A stretch of DNA of 63,095 bases, filler included, from Octopus bimaculoides (GCF_001194135.2; 7 parts of 7 records of this genome joined end to end with filler, not necessarily neighbours in it), one strand, 5' to 3'. Shown: positions 13,268 to 25,925, counted from the whole stretch's first letter. The notes: a model not told the origin generated them from the letters alone. Made by a program: numbers and translations.

Positions 13268-13559
13268 TACAAATATACACATACACACACATATATCTAT
13301 ACAGAGATAGAAGGTGAGGAGAGTAAACCCAAACAATCAATATGAATACCAAGTTTAACATTAATAGGGAGAGAAACAGTGGCATGTGTTCTACATTGTG
13401 GGCTGTGCTCCTTATGCAGTGATATTTCCCTGGTTTGTTTTTACAAAGATTACGCACGACTTAAACTTTCTTCTCAAAGTACACTGTTCAGATAACACTG
13501 GACCTACAGTTGTATGCACACATCATTATCATTACCGCTACCACCACTGACACCGTCAC

Positions 13560-13935
13560 CATCATTTAATGTCTCTCTTCCATGTTGGCATGGGCTGGAT
13601 GGTTTTACAGGATCCAGTGTGTTGGAAGACTGCATTGCTCTCCAGTGTCTGCTATAGCATAGTTTTTGTGGTTGGATATACTTCCTAATGTTAAATGGGT
13701 ACTTCCTTCATGCTACCAACTTTTTTTTACTTATTATGAAATATATGGTGTTACATAAAAGGCACCTGTGCTGGTAATACATAAGAGACACCCATTACAC
13801 TCTGTAAAGTGGTTGGCACTAGGAAGGGCATCCAGCTGTAGAAACCAAGCTGAAAAAGACAACTGGAGCCTGGTGCAGCTCTCTGGGTTACCAGCTCTGC
13901 TCAGATTGTCTAACCCATGCCAGCATGGCAGGGTT
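13560..13935. mobile_element. two RTE LINE 3' UTR fragments in opposite orientation
   Basis: GTTGGCACTAGGAAGGGCATCCAGCTGTAGAAAC..AACCCATGCCAGCATGG (plus) and a reverse copy ending in CAT repeats; same UTR is attached to the RTE ORF end at 42000-42490. Confidence 0.7.
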
Positions 13936-14504
13936 GCCATGTGACCTCACAAACTAAGATCCCACATGGACTGTGTGAGAAAGCAGGGAGATTCAAGCTA
14001 AAACTGAAGTTAAAAGATTGATCTGGTAGCAGCTAGGATCAGCTGTCAAAAAGGGTGGTTTGGTGTAAGGTAATGTAAAATGAAGGATGGTAGATGTGCA
14101 GAGTTGGATCAGAGAATACTAGATATTTCATGCAACCACATACAGTCACAAAAAGAAATACAGTTAAGTTGACAAATTAGAGCATTAGATAGAAGGACAA
14201 CAGGAAAATAGATAGGTACAACACAGCAAACAACCACTTGAGAGTTACACTTATAAAGAATAATATAGTAGGAAGGAGGAAATATGGTTGATGGCATAGA
14301 GAATAGATAGAAAGTGAAAAGGAGTGAATCTCGGTTTAAAAATGGAGACAAGAATTAGAAGAGGAGATGATTGTAATGAGTGTAGTGTGCGTTTTTTTTA
14401 AGTAAAGATGACATTCAAATGAACAATAAAAATAGTATATCTATTAAAATTGGAATTTTTATGATCTTACTATTGTAGATTAACCCAAAAGATTGTAAAG
14501 ATTT

Positions 14505-14870
14505 TTGGTTATGTGGCTGTGCAGAGGCTCAGACAGCTGTGTTGTAAGAAGCTTGTTTCCCAACTATATGGTTCTGGGTTCAGTCCCACTGCGTGGCACC
14601 TTGGGCAAGTGTCTTCTACTATAGCCTCGGGTGGACCAAAGCCTTGTGAGTGGATTTGGTAGACAGAAACTGAAAGATGCCCATCGGATATATATATGTG
14701 TGTATATATATATATATATAACAATTGGGTAAAACCTCCACTTTTACCCACTCCCATTGATTGCACCTAGTATAGCACTAGTGTAGCAATAATTGGGTAC
14801 CCTCCCAGCAGTATACTGGATAGATACTATCCCTTAGTGGGTTGAACCCCCAACCCCTAACTCTCTCACG

Positions 14871-14908
<38 letters not shown>

Positions 14909-15100
14909 ATATATATATGTATCTATTTATGTGTCTGTGTCTTTGTGCCTGTGTTTGTCCCCGGCATCATTGCTTGACAACCGATGTTAGTGTGTTTACA
15001 TCCTTGTAACTTATTGGTCGATTTCTTCACCTAAAACCCATTAAGATGGTGCTCCAGTGTGGCTGCAGTCAAATGACTGAAAAAAGCAAAAGAATGTAAC
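14505..15100 (+). mobile_element. tRNA-SINE family B split by a TA microsatellite and an insertion
   Basis: Head and core at 14505-14690; 3' half with CAGTCAAATGACTG stem-loop at 14925-15100. Confidence 0.75.
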
Positions 15101-15509
15101 TATAAATAAATTATGATCGTTATTCACAATGACAGCATTGAATGAGTTGGAAGACCTTAGATTCCTCTTCATTCTTTGTACCATACACATCAGAATAATT
15201 GTTGTGGTGTTGTACACTCTTGGACACTCTTCCAAACAGCAACTATTCTACAGAGTGTACTGGGTGGTTTTTGTGGCATCACACTTTTGTGAGACACATT
15301 GCAATTTGCAAAGTGAAAAAGGGCTCCCATGATGGCTGGAATAGATTTATTGTGAGAGGTGGCAGTAGAGAGAATAACAAAGGGAACAGCATTATGGTGA
15401 AAGTAACAGAGACAGAGAGTAGGAGATGGTGAGATATTTTAAGTGGGTCATTCTGCTAATAAAAGCACATGCATTGGTTGTAGTTTGCTATTTTATTATT
15501 ATATGACTG

Positions 15510-15890
15510 GAGGCGCAATGGCCCTCTGGTTAGGGCAGTGGACTCGCGGTCATAGGATCACGGCTTCGATTCCCAGACCAGGCGTTGTGAGTGTTTATTG
15601 AGCGAAAACACCTAAAGCTCCACGAGGCTCCAACAGGGGATGGTGGCGAACCCTGCTGTACTCTTCCACCACAACTTTCTCTCACTCTTTCTTCCTGTTT
15701 CTGTTGTGCCTGTAATTCAAAGGGTCAGCCTTGTCACAGTGTCACGCTGTATATCCCCGAGAACTAAGTTAAGGGTACATGTGTCTGTGGAGTGCTCAGC
15801 CACTTGCACGTTAATTTCACGAGCAGGCTGTTCCATTGATTGGATCAACTGGAACCCTCGACGTCGTAAGCGACGGGGTGCCAACAACAA
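15510..15890 (+). mobile_element. full-length tRNA-SINE family C (OR-type/Ceph-SINE-like, name unverified) with TSD
   Basis: A box TGGCCCTCTGG, B box GCTTCGATTCC, (CAA)n tail; 13-nt TSD TATTATATGACTG at 15497 and 15891. Confidence 0.9.
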
Positions 15891-16404
15891 TATTATATGA
15901 CTGAATGGGGGAAAAAGTTTAAAAAACAAAAACTACAACCTGTGTGTATGTTTTATTGACAAAATGACCCACCCATAACATAACAGCAGTATTGGATTTT
16001 ATACATTCCAACAGTAGCATAATTTTTAAAAGCACCAGAGTCTACTGAGACTGATCAGAATTTTGAAAAACCCCAGTGTTATGAGGTCTCTTTAGTCCTG
16101 TCTTGTTGAGGATTTATCAGCCTCGGTGCTATGAGAAAATACACACAGTGCATTCTGTAAAGTGTTTGGCAATTGGAAGGGTGTCTAGCTATAGAAATCA
16201 ATCCAAGTGAGAAATACGAGCTCCAACCTATGAAAGCTGCAGTAATGATGATGATGATGGTGATATTGGTGATAGTGGTGATGTCGATAACGATAATAAT
16301 GGTAAGGGAGATAGTGGCGGCAATGATGACAATGATAATAATAATAATGATAACCATCTTTGTATATAAAATCTATACACGTGACAGGGACCAGCTTCTA
16401 AACT

Positions 16405-16562
16405 GAGTGGCTGTGTGGTAAGTAGCTTGGTTACCAACCACATGGTTCCGGGTTCAGTCCCACTGTGCATGGCACCTTGGGCAAGTGTCTTCTACTATAG
16501 CCTCGGGCCGACCAAAGCCTTGTGAGTGGATTTGGTAGACGGAAATGGAAAGAAGCCCGTCA
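16405..16562 (+). mobile_element. tRNA-SINE family B, 5' half
   Basis: GAGTGGCTGTGTGGTAAGTAGC..GGTTCAGTCCC..core, near-identical to the 41406 copy. Confidence 0.85.
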
Positions 16563-17537
16563 TATATATGTATATATATATATATATATNNNNNNNNNNN
16601 NNNNNNNNNNNNNNNNNNNNNNNNNNNNNNNNNNNNNNNNNNNNNNNNNNNNNNNNNNNNNNNNNNNNNNNNNNNNNNNNNNNNNNNNNNNNNNNNNNNN
16701 NNNNNNNNNNNNNNNNNNNNNNNNNNNNNNNNNNNNNNNNNNNNNNNNNNNNNNNNNNNNNNNNNNNNNNNNNNNNNNNNNNNNNNNNNNNNNNNNNNNN
16801 NNNNNNNNNNNNNNNNNNNNNNNNNNNNNNNNNNNNNNNNNNNNNNNNNNNNNNNNNNNNNNNNNNNNNNNNNNNNNNNNNNNNNNNNNNNNNNNNNNNN
16901 NNNNNNNNNNNNNNNNNNNNNNNNNNNNNNNNNNNNNNNNNNNNNNNNNNNNNNNNNNNNNNNNNNNNNNNNNNNNNNNNNNNNNNNNNNNNNNNNNNNN
17001 NNNNNNNNNNNNNNNNNNNNNNNNNNNNNNNNNNNNNNNNNNNNNNNNNNNNNNNNNNNNNNNNNNNNNNNNNNNNNNNNNNNNNNNNNNNNNNNNNNNN
17101 NNNNNNNNNNNNNNNNNNNNNNNNNNNNNNNNNNNNNNNNNNNNNNNNNNNNNNNNNNNNNNNNNNNNNNNNNNNNNNNNNNNNNNNNNNNNNNNNNNNN
17201 NNNNNNNNNNNNNNNNNNNNNNNNNNNNNNNNNNNNNNNNNNNNNNNNNNNNNNNNNNNNNNNNNNNNNNNNNNNNNNNNNNNNNNNNNNNNNNNNNNNN
17301 NNNNNNNNNNNNNNNNNNNNNNNNNNNNNNNNNNNNNNNNNNNNNNNNNNNNNNNNNNNNNNNNNNNNNNNNNNNNNNNNNNNNNNNNNNNNNNNNNNNN
17401 NNNNNNNNNNNNNNNNNNNNNNNNNNNNNNNNNNNNNNNNNNNNNNNNNNNNNNNNNNNNNNNNNNNNNNNNNNNNNNNNNNNNNNNNNNNNNNNNNNNN
17501 NNNNNNNNNNNNNNNNNNNNNNNNNNNNNNNNNNNNN

Positions 17538-17587
<50 letters not shown>

Positions 17588-18056
17588 GGTCTTCAGTTTT
17601 CTATAGGAGTCTGATAGTTAAAATGAATAAACATTTGCAGCTCCAAGGGAATGCCATTGGTTGGCAACAAATGTCATAGGCGTCGTCATCATTGTCAGAC
17701 TTGGCATATGTTTTAACTGATGTTATTTTATATGCTAACTTGCAGATATATTCACTGCTGTTACGATGGCTTTAATTATTGGGTCAATGAAACCATATTT
17801 AGCATGATGTAATTTAGATAAGTTGCATATATTATTCTTTATACATAAACATATAAAACAAACACATGCACATAGTCATGCTTGCAGACACACACCTACA
17901 CACTCACATACACACACATATAAAAATATGTATTTGTTGTGTGTATCTGTGTATGTGTGTGTATCATTGTCATCATCGTTTTATGTTCACTCTTTCAATC
18001 TGGTTTAGGTTGTTGGATCATCGTATTAGAAATATATGTGTGTGTATGTGTATATA

Positions 18057-18918
18057 CAGGGTGCAATGGGTAAATTGTTGCCATTTTATATTTTTAATTT
18101 CCCATATGCGCATTTGTTTGTTTTTTATTTTGTTGACTACACAGTATGGTAGGGTCAGTTGGACACCGTCTGTGAGAAAAACAGCACCATGACACAATTC
18201 ACTCTGACGGAAATTTAGAAATGACATGCTGTCCTGCTTGGCATTCACCCTGGAAGCTCTAATATGAACATTTCAGAGTGTTTGGGTGTCAATCTGAGAA
18301 CAGTGCAATCTGAGGACATGTACCGAGAGTGATAAAAATCAAACATCCAGTCAACATCATGATGTTTAGAGTGATCACTAGTGATGGTGACGTTATGTCT
18401 CCATTCATCTTCCTACACGGCCTCAGACTCAACACAGCGGCCTACCTCAAGTGCCTGGAGGAGGTAGTGCTGCCCTGGGTCAAGAGAGTGGCTGCTGGAA
18501 GACCCTACATCTGGCAACAGAAGTCTGCACCATGCCACACAAGCAGGAGAACCCAGTAATAACTGTCAGACAATTTCTGCGACCACATCACCTCTAACAT
18601 CTAGCCACCTAACTCCCCAGACTGCAACCCCCTTAATTATTATGTGTGGGGCACAGTTTAGTGAGAAACCAAGAAAACTCCTTGTAACACCAAAGATGAG
18701 CAGAAGGCAAGGATTATGGCAACATTCATCAACTTAAACAAGGAGACCATCCAGAAGAGATGCAGGAGATTCCAAAATCGTCTGGAGGTTGTGGCTGAAG
18801 CCAATGGCAATTTTATTGAATAAATTTACTCTTTAGTATTTCAAGATATTTTTATGTAATTTTGGTAAATATATCTGTTAAAATGTGATGTCAGTGTTAT
18901 TTTTAACTTTGCATGAAT
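18057..18918 (+). mobile_element. internally deleted maT/DD37D-like Tc1/mariner element
   Basis: TA-CAGGGTG start; VITSDGDVMSPFIF..RPYIWQQKSAPCHTS..PPNSPDCNPLNYYVWG..EANGNFIE*; spacing fits DD37D. Confidence 0.85.
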
Positions 18919-21254
18919 NNNNNNNNNNNNNNNNNNNNNNNNNNNNNNNNNNNNNNNNNNNNNNNNNNNNNNNNNNNNNNNNNNNNNNNNNNNNNNNNNN
19001 NNNNNNNNNNNNNNNNNNNNNNNNNNNNNNNNNNNNNNNNNNNNNNNNNNNNNNNNNNNNNNNNNNNNNNNNNNNNNNNNNNNNNNNNNNNNNNNNNNNN
19101 NNNNNNNNNNNNNNNNNNNNNNNNNNNNNNNNNNNNNNNNNNNNNNNNNNNNNNNNNNNNNNNNNNNNNNNNNNNNNNNNNNNNNNNNNNNNNNNNNNNN
19201 NNNNNNNNNNNNNNNNNNNNNNNNNNNNNNNNNNNNNNNNNNNNNNNNNNNNNNNNNNNNNNNNNNNNNNNNNNNNNNNNNNNNNNNNNNNNNNNNNNNN
19301 NNNNNNNNNNNNNNNNNNNNNNNNNNNNNNNNNNNNNNATATATAAACAATGACACAAGAAAAAACAAAGCATGGTGTGTCTATTATGCTAACTCAGTGA
19401 ATTTCTTTGCTTGTTTCACCCGACCATCATATGGGGCATGCATGTAGATGCCTATGGGAGGGTTGCTTGTACTTATAGAAGTAAGAACAAATTTGTGTGT
19501 GTATTATGTTGTAGTGCATGTATATTTATGGAGGGAACAGTCAGTTTTATTATTAACTCCAGTACTTAATTGTGACCAATTTTATCAACCCTTGATGAAT
19601 AACAGGCAAAGGAGTACGAGAGACCATATTGGCATTTAAACTCAGAACATTCAAATATTTAACTGATAAAGTATTTTGTCTGTGCTGCATCTTGTGCAGG
19701 CTATTTCTCCTTCTAATCATTTGTACTATAAGTGTTTCTGTTATTTCATAACTTTGTCTATTTCATGTGTCTGCAGTTATTTCTTTCTAAGGCATTTTGT
19801 TTGCTTTTGCAGCAGTTGGTGATGGCATTGCTATGTCTTATCATGTTGTATGGCATCTCTCTGTAATAGCTGATTGGCCATACAAATAACTAGTTGCATG
19901 TTCTACTTTGCAGAATATCTTATTAACTTTCCATGGTGATCCATCTTCTTTTCCTGCTTTCATGTTAATTTTGCCTGTATAGATGTCATTTCCCATAGAT
20001 GGACCCTTTGTTGAATTTGTAAGAGGTAGTCCCTCTCTTTTCAACATATTCTACACATTCTGCAACCTCTTGTAATAACACTCCTATGCTTCTCTGTTCT
20101 CATTTTCAATGAGGGCAAATGTACCTCTATCATTCCATACTCTTTGCCCCATCAACATTTTGTGTCTCTCTGATATACTGCTTTGTAACCTCAAACATAT
20201 CTCTCATCTTCCCATTGCAGAACATTGATAAACCTATAACTTTCAGCTTCTCTCCATGCTAACTGCATCTGGCATTTGGCATCTTGTCTAGCTACCTGGT
20301 AATTTTCCATGCTTTCCTAGCTAATATCTTTGCTTTTATGATTCCATCTACTGCACCATTATGACACCTTTGGTCTGGTTGGAACCCTGTTCCATCCATA
20401 AATCTAGTGTGCTGCTCTTAGAAAATCTCAATTGTTCTCTATGTTATAAATCCCTATCTTCTCCTCCATTAGGTCATTTGTATCAGGTAGAATTCTTTGA
20501 ATGTTCATCTGACCAAGAGATCTTTTGGCTTCCATACCTCCCTTCTCCAGACTATCTTTTGTCTCTTATTCCATATCCCACTTATCCTGAGATCACTAAT
20601 CAATATATAGTCTATGCTGAGAGATACCTTCTTCACTGAAGAATGACTTAGGATTCACAACCATCTATCTATGAGATTTGCTAGTGAGTATAAAGTTTAT
20701 CTGGTTTGCATGTTTAGCAGATGCTAGCAAATCTTGAAGTTAGGTGTTGCAATTGATTAGGTCATTGCATCACAGACCTTAGACACCTCTTCATTCTTTG
20801 TACCATACACATCAGAATAATTGTTGTGGTGTTGTACACCATGACCACATGTGGTAACAAAGTCATTGTCATTCATTATTGACATAGTCTGCCAGAGAAC
20901 CACATAACTATAGTCCTTACACTCACTTGTCAGTCTTGATTGTGGTGAATATGCAGACACTACTGTTGCTGTTGAGCTGTCTGTGACTAGTCCAAGCTTA
21001 ATTCTTCTGTCATAGATATTGTACTCTGGCTACCTCACTTATTTCATCTATCCATTTCTTTGCCCTTTGCCCAACAATATGCTTCCTCCACCAACTCCAG
21101 TGCTGATACTTACTTTAGATAGTTTGTACTTTTGTTCCTAGCCAATGTGGGAGTCTGTGTGAGGCTCTCCTCCATCTGACCTCTTGTACACAGCATATAT
21201 CTAGTCACCTTAATAATAAAAATATTTTTCTCATTATATGAAATGATAATTGTT

Positions 21255-22227
21255 TGTTATCTAGGCACAAGGCCAGTAAACTGTGTGAGAAGGGTTTAGG
21301 CAAGTACAGTTGACCCTAGTACTTGACTTGTTCTTTATTGTATTGACCCCAAAATGATGAACGATAAAGATGATTTTGCGGGGATTTGCGCTGAGGGTGT
21401 AAAAAGCCATAACTGAATACTCAGGTACTTTATTTTATTGACTCCAAAAGGATGAAGGGCAAAGTTGGCTTTGGCAGGATTTGAACTCAGAACATAAAAA
21501 GTAGGAAAAAATTCCATTTTGTCTGATGCACTAATGATTTTTTCCTGCTCACTGTGTTTGGTTTTAAATGATGGCACAATCAGTCTTAGTGAGAGGAGAT
21601 TTAGTCTATTATACCAACCTCAGTATTTGACTGGTACTTTATTCCATCAGCCCAGAAAGGATGAAAGGCAAAGTTAACCTCAGTAAGCTTTGAACTCAGA
21701 ATGAAAAGAAAAAAAAACATGAAGAAATGCTGCTAAGCATTTCGTTCAAAGATATAATGATTCCACCAGCTTACCAATTTATTAATAATAATTCTTTTGA
21801 ACTATATGCTAAGGCCTGAAATTTGGGCAAGGGCTGTTATTGATTACATTGATTCCAGTGTTCAGTATTTATTTTATTAACCATCCAACATGGTGAAAGA
21901 TGAAGGCAGGATTTGAACTCAGAATATAAAGAACTGATAGAAATTCTTTTATTCTTTTACTTCAGCTCATCACAGTAATAGTTAATAATAATAATAATAA
22001 TAATGATAGTGAATAATAATCCTTTTTATTATAGGTACAAGGCTTGAAATTTTTGGGAGAAGGCATAGTCAATTACATCAACCTCAGTGCTCAACTAGAA
22101 TTCATTGACTCTGAAACAATGAAAGGCAATAGTCAACCTCAACAGAATTTGAACTCAGAAAGTAAAGAGAGACGAAATGCCATGAGACATTTTATCTGAG
22201 GCGCTAACAATTCTGCCTGCTTACTGC
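21255..22227 (-). mobile_element. stack of about five decayed family-A SINEs in one orientation
   Basis: Repeated GGATGAAAGGCAAAGT..GATTTGAACTCAGAA and GGCACAAGGCCTGAAATTT modules at about 21260, 21410, 21580, 21795 and 22021. Confidence 0.75.
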
Positions 22228-22735
22228 TTTAGTAAAAACGAAGGCGAGAGAGATGAAGAGACTTCACAGAGACAGATTAAAGAACTATTGTACTGTCGAC
22301 ATTCTTTTTGCAATACATTACCATAATTTTAACTCCATAACCTTAAGAGAAGCAGCAATTATTATAAAGTATTTATTGCCATTAATTGTTACTGTCCCTA
22401 ACGAGGCAATGTCATTGGCTGACAACAAATGGTATTATAGGTGTTGTCACTGTCAGCAATCACATATGTTTTAACCAATGCCATTTCATTTGCAGACTTC
22501 ACAGTTGTTGGTGTTGTGTTTTAATAATTAGGTCGGTGGAACCATATACAGAGAGGGGTGATGCTATTTTAGATACATATAACACTGACTACATATATTA
22601 GTCTTTACACATGCACACACAAACACACCCACACTATGTATATATATTATATGTCTATGTACATGATGCTAGTTCAGTATATATATTATATGGTAGTTCA
22701 GCAAAACTGTCTGCCTGCTTGCTTTACCCATCTAT

Positions 22736-22739
<4 letters not shown>

Positions 22740-22802
<63 letters not shown>
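22740..22802. repeat. (TG)n microsatellite
   Basis: Direct reading. Confidence 0.95.
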
Positions 22803-22806
<4 letters not shown>

Positions 22807-23010
22807 TTGCCTGCTGCTTGTTCCACCCTTCCCCATCATGTATATTAGTATTTGTATGCATATAAATACATTTATAAATATAGATTAGATTATATACATG
22901 GCTGTAGTTTACTGACTGGGTTCTATAAATTCAGAAAAGAATACAGAAACAGATTATACAAACAGATACACACAGATGTACAAATACGTGTGCATGTGTA
23001 TGTGTATATA

Positions 23011-23880
23011 TAGGGTGGGTGGAAAGTAAGTAGCCATTAAAAATTGGTGATAAAATCCATATTCCTTTTACTGATTTATTGAAGCAAATGATACATGTTC
23101 TTTATTACATGGGAAAATGAAAGTAAATCTTCACATTTCAGTGTAAGCACTGGTGGGGTCAACCAGTTTCCTCAAATGGCTAGGGATGTTGTTTGGGATA
23201 TCATTGAGAACTTACTGAATCCATGTCTCCTAGTCCTCCACTGTGCAAGGTTTTGTCTTGTATATCTCCTCTTCTGTGAAACCTCACAGGTAAAAATCAC
23301 ATGGAGTGAGATCTGGACAAGTTGGAGGCCCTTCATGAGGTCTGCATTGTCCCATCAGGTTTTAGCTCCTGCATGTAATGGGGTTTCCATGGATGAAAAT
23401 TCAATTCTTTGTGCAACACCGTACGTATTGTGTGTCTTGTTAGTCCACTTTCACGAGCTACTTGACGTGTTGATTTTTGCAGGCTGTGATTAAATATTTC
23501 CTGCATTGTTGCCATGTTCTCCACTGATCAAGATGTGGTTGGATGGCCACTTTTTGCATCATTCACAGAGCCCATGGTCATCAGCTTTGCATAACAACTT
23601 TTTATTGTCTCCAGACATAGTGTTGCATGCTTATCTTTCTATGCACCCCACAATCTCTGAACCAGAACAATGAAATTCCACACTTCATAGCATGCTGCTA
23701 TCTTAGCTCACTCCTGAACAGTCAAGTGACCGGCTATCTGAAAAATAAGAAGTAAGACAATAAGAAAATAAGAAATCTCCATTAGTGTTGTCTGTTTAAA
23801 AAAATGTTTTCATCATGACTTCATGATGCTAAAAATTCTGTAAGCAATGTCTAATGCCTAGTTACTTTCCACCCACCCGG
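23011..23880 (-). mobile_element. internally deleted Tc1/mariner element, 870 bp
   Basis: TIRs TAGGGTGGGTGGAAAGTAAGTAG / CTAGTTACTTTCCACCCACCCGG with TA flanks; minus-strand KSTRQVARESGLTRHTIRTVLHKELNFHPWK and PDLTPCDFYLWG. Confidence 0.88.
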
Positions 23881-23896
23881 TATATATGTATATATA

Positions 23897-24269
23897 TTGC
23901 ATTGGCAAATAGACTTTATAGTACTGAACTGTTAATACATAGATCTCGATCAGAGATTTAAAACTAGTTGTTTTTCTCTTTGCAAAATCAGCAACTGTGT
24001 TGCTTTAAATGTACATGCTGTGAGCAAGGTCGAGTGGCAGCTATCTCTAGCTGGAGATTGTCCAGTCCTGACGAAGAGAAATTACCCAGAAACCATTGGT
24101 CCACTGGTATCGCTATGACTAGAAAGGTAGTGGTAAGTTCTCTTGCTCACAGTGTACGGACACAGATCAGGTGTCAATAACCAGCTGGAAAAGATGTTTT
24201 CCTGGGACTAAAAAGTAGTAACATGATCCTATGTAGGACTGCCACTTTGCGTTGGCAAATAGACTTCAC

Positions 24270-24273
<4 letters not shown>
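23897..24273 (+). mobile_element. retrozyme-like element: 350-nt unit plus 27-nt terminal direct repeat, containing an HHR
   Basis: Direct repeats TTGCATTGGCAAATAGACTTTATAGTA (23897) and TTGCGTTGGCAAATAGACTTCACGGTA (24247), 23/27 identical; TA repeats on both flanks; many internal helices. Confidence 0.65.
24062..24107 (+). ncRNA. minimal type I hammerhead ribozyme motif (HHR-2)
   Basis: CCAGUC-CUGACGA-AGAGAAAUUACCCA-GAAA-CCAUUGG-UC/CACUGG; intact core, GUC site, near-palindromic stem III, 5-bp stem I behind a C.C mismatch, weak stem II. Confidence 0.7.

Positions 24274-24335
<62 letters not shown>
24272..24335. repeat. (TA)n microsatellite
   Basis: Direct reading. Confidence 0.95.
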
Positions 24336-24347
<12 letters not shown>

Positions 24348-25204
24348 TATATATATATGAGATACCCTAAGATATAATAACATGTGGTACCTGAACAACA
24401 ACACAGGAGCTCTTACACATGCATTACAAATTTTTGCTCAAAATACACTAAACAAGTATATATATATGTGTGTTTGTATGTGTGTGTTTATCCTATCAAG
24501 TCTAGATAATTTCTTCAGAAGTCAAAACTGGAATTAATTAACCTTTGCACCAAATTCTAATCTTTATTATGCTGACCTTTGAACACTTCACAAATGTGTG
24601 CATGTGTGTGCGTGTGTGCACATTCTGGTGCAAGCATAGGCCATTAGTTTGGGTGTTCACTTTATCATTATTAATAGATCCTGTGTTAGATTCCAGTGTC
24701 TAACACTTTGGATAAATCTCCTACCATAGTTTTGGGTCAATCTAAGTCACATAAGTGAAATTTGGTTGACTGTTTGTGGAAGCCCCATTTTATGCACTGT
24801 ATCTATAATACAAGAGCCATCTTTCTTACACAGTGTCAAATAGATCCTGCTTGAAGATTACATTCTCTATACCCATTCTCTAGAGAATACTCTGCCAGGG
24901 AGACCAGAATTCAAACAGCAATGTAGTTCCATTGATCAAGCAATTGGTTAATGCATCTGTTTCTGCAGTGAAGCTAACTGTTCATAAAATATCAATAAAT
25001 GTAATGCATGTAAATATATTTACAATTTATTCACAATTACCCTATCTTAGGACTTCAGTAAATTGATGTCTCCAATGAATGTACTGATATGCAAATGAGC
25101 ACAGAATGTTTTTTGCGCGTTTGTGTTTTATCATCGGCAGTTGTATGCTACGGTTTTTAAAACTCGCAGCTTTGACCTTGGGGGCCATTTCAGCAGCAAA
25201 GCTA

Positions 25205-25373
25205 TGTATGGATTGGTGCAGGCATAGCTATGTTGTAAGAAGTTTGCTTTGCAATCACTCGGTTCCTAGTGCAGTCCCACTGCATAGTACCTTGGGCAAG
25301 TGTCTTCTACTATAGCAACGGGCTAAAGCTTGTCAGTGAATTTGGTAGACAGAAACTGAAAGAAGCTGACTGC

Positions 25374-25375
<2 letters not shown>
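25205..25375 (+). mobile_element. tRNA-SINE family B, 5' half
   Basis: CCTTGGGCAAGTGTCTTCTACTATAGC..GAATTTGGTAGACAGAAACTGAAAGAAG core. Confidence 0.75.
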
Positions 25376-25419
<44 letters not shown>

Positions 25420-25427
<8 letters not shown>

Positions 25428-25590
25428 CTGTGTGGATGGTTTCACAGGAGACGACTAACCAGAATTGCACCAAGCTCCATTGTTTGATTTGGCATGGTTT
25501 CTATGATTGGATGTCCTTCCTAATGGCCAAAGTGTAATGGATAATTTTGTGCTTTTTATGTATCATCAACACCAGTGGTGTTGCAAGTAA
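25420..25590 (-). mobile_element. RTE 3' UTR remnant
   Basis: Reverse of TTAGGAAGGACATCC.. motif shared with other RTE UTR copies here. Confidence 0.55.
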
Positions 25591-25733
25591 CTTGCAAGAC
25601 AAAGACACCGTAGCTATGAGAGGGAGTGGTACAGAAGGAAGTGGCTTTGAGCCAGATGAGAAGCTAAAGTATAATAGATGGATGGAGATAGGTGTCTTAT
25701 AGAGAAGATACTTGGCTACCCCAGTGGAAGGAG

Positions 25734-25785
<52 letters not shown>

Positions 25786-25925
25786 AGAGAGAGAGAAATA
25801 GATGGTGCTGGTGATGCATTGGGACATAGATACAAGGTACTGCCAAGGCTGGAGTGCCTTTGATGATATCATATATATATANNNNNNNNNNNNNNNNNNN
25901 NNNNNNNNNNNNNNNNNNNNNNNNN

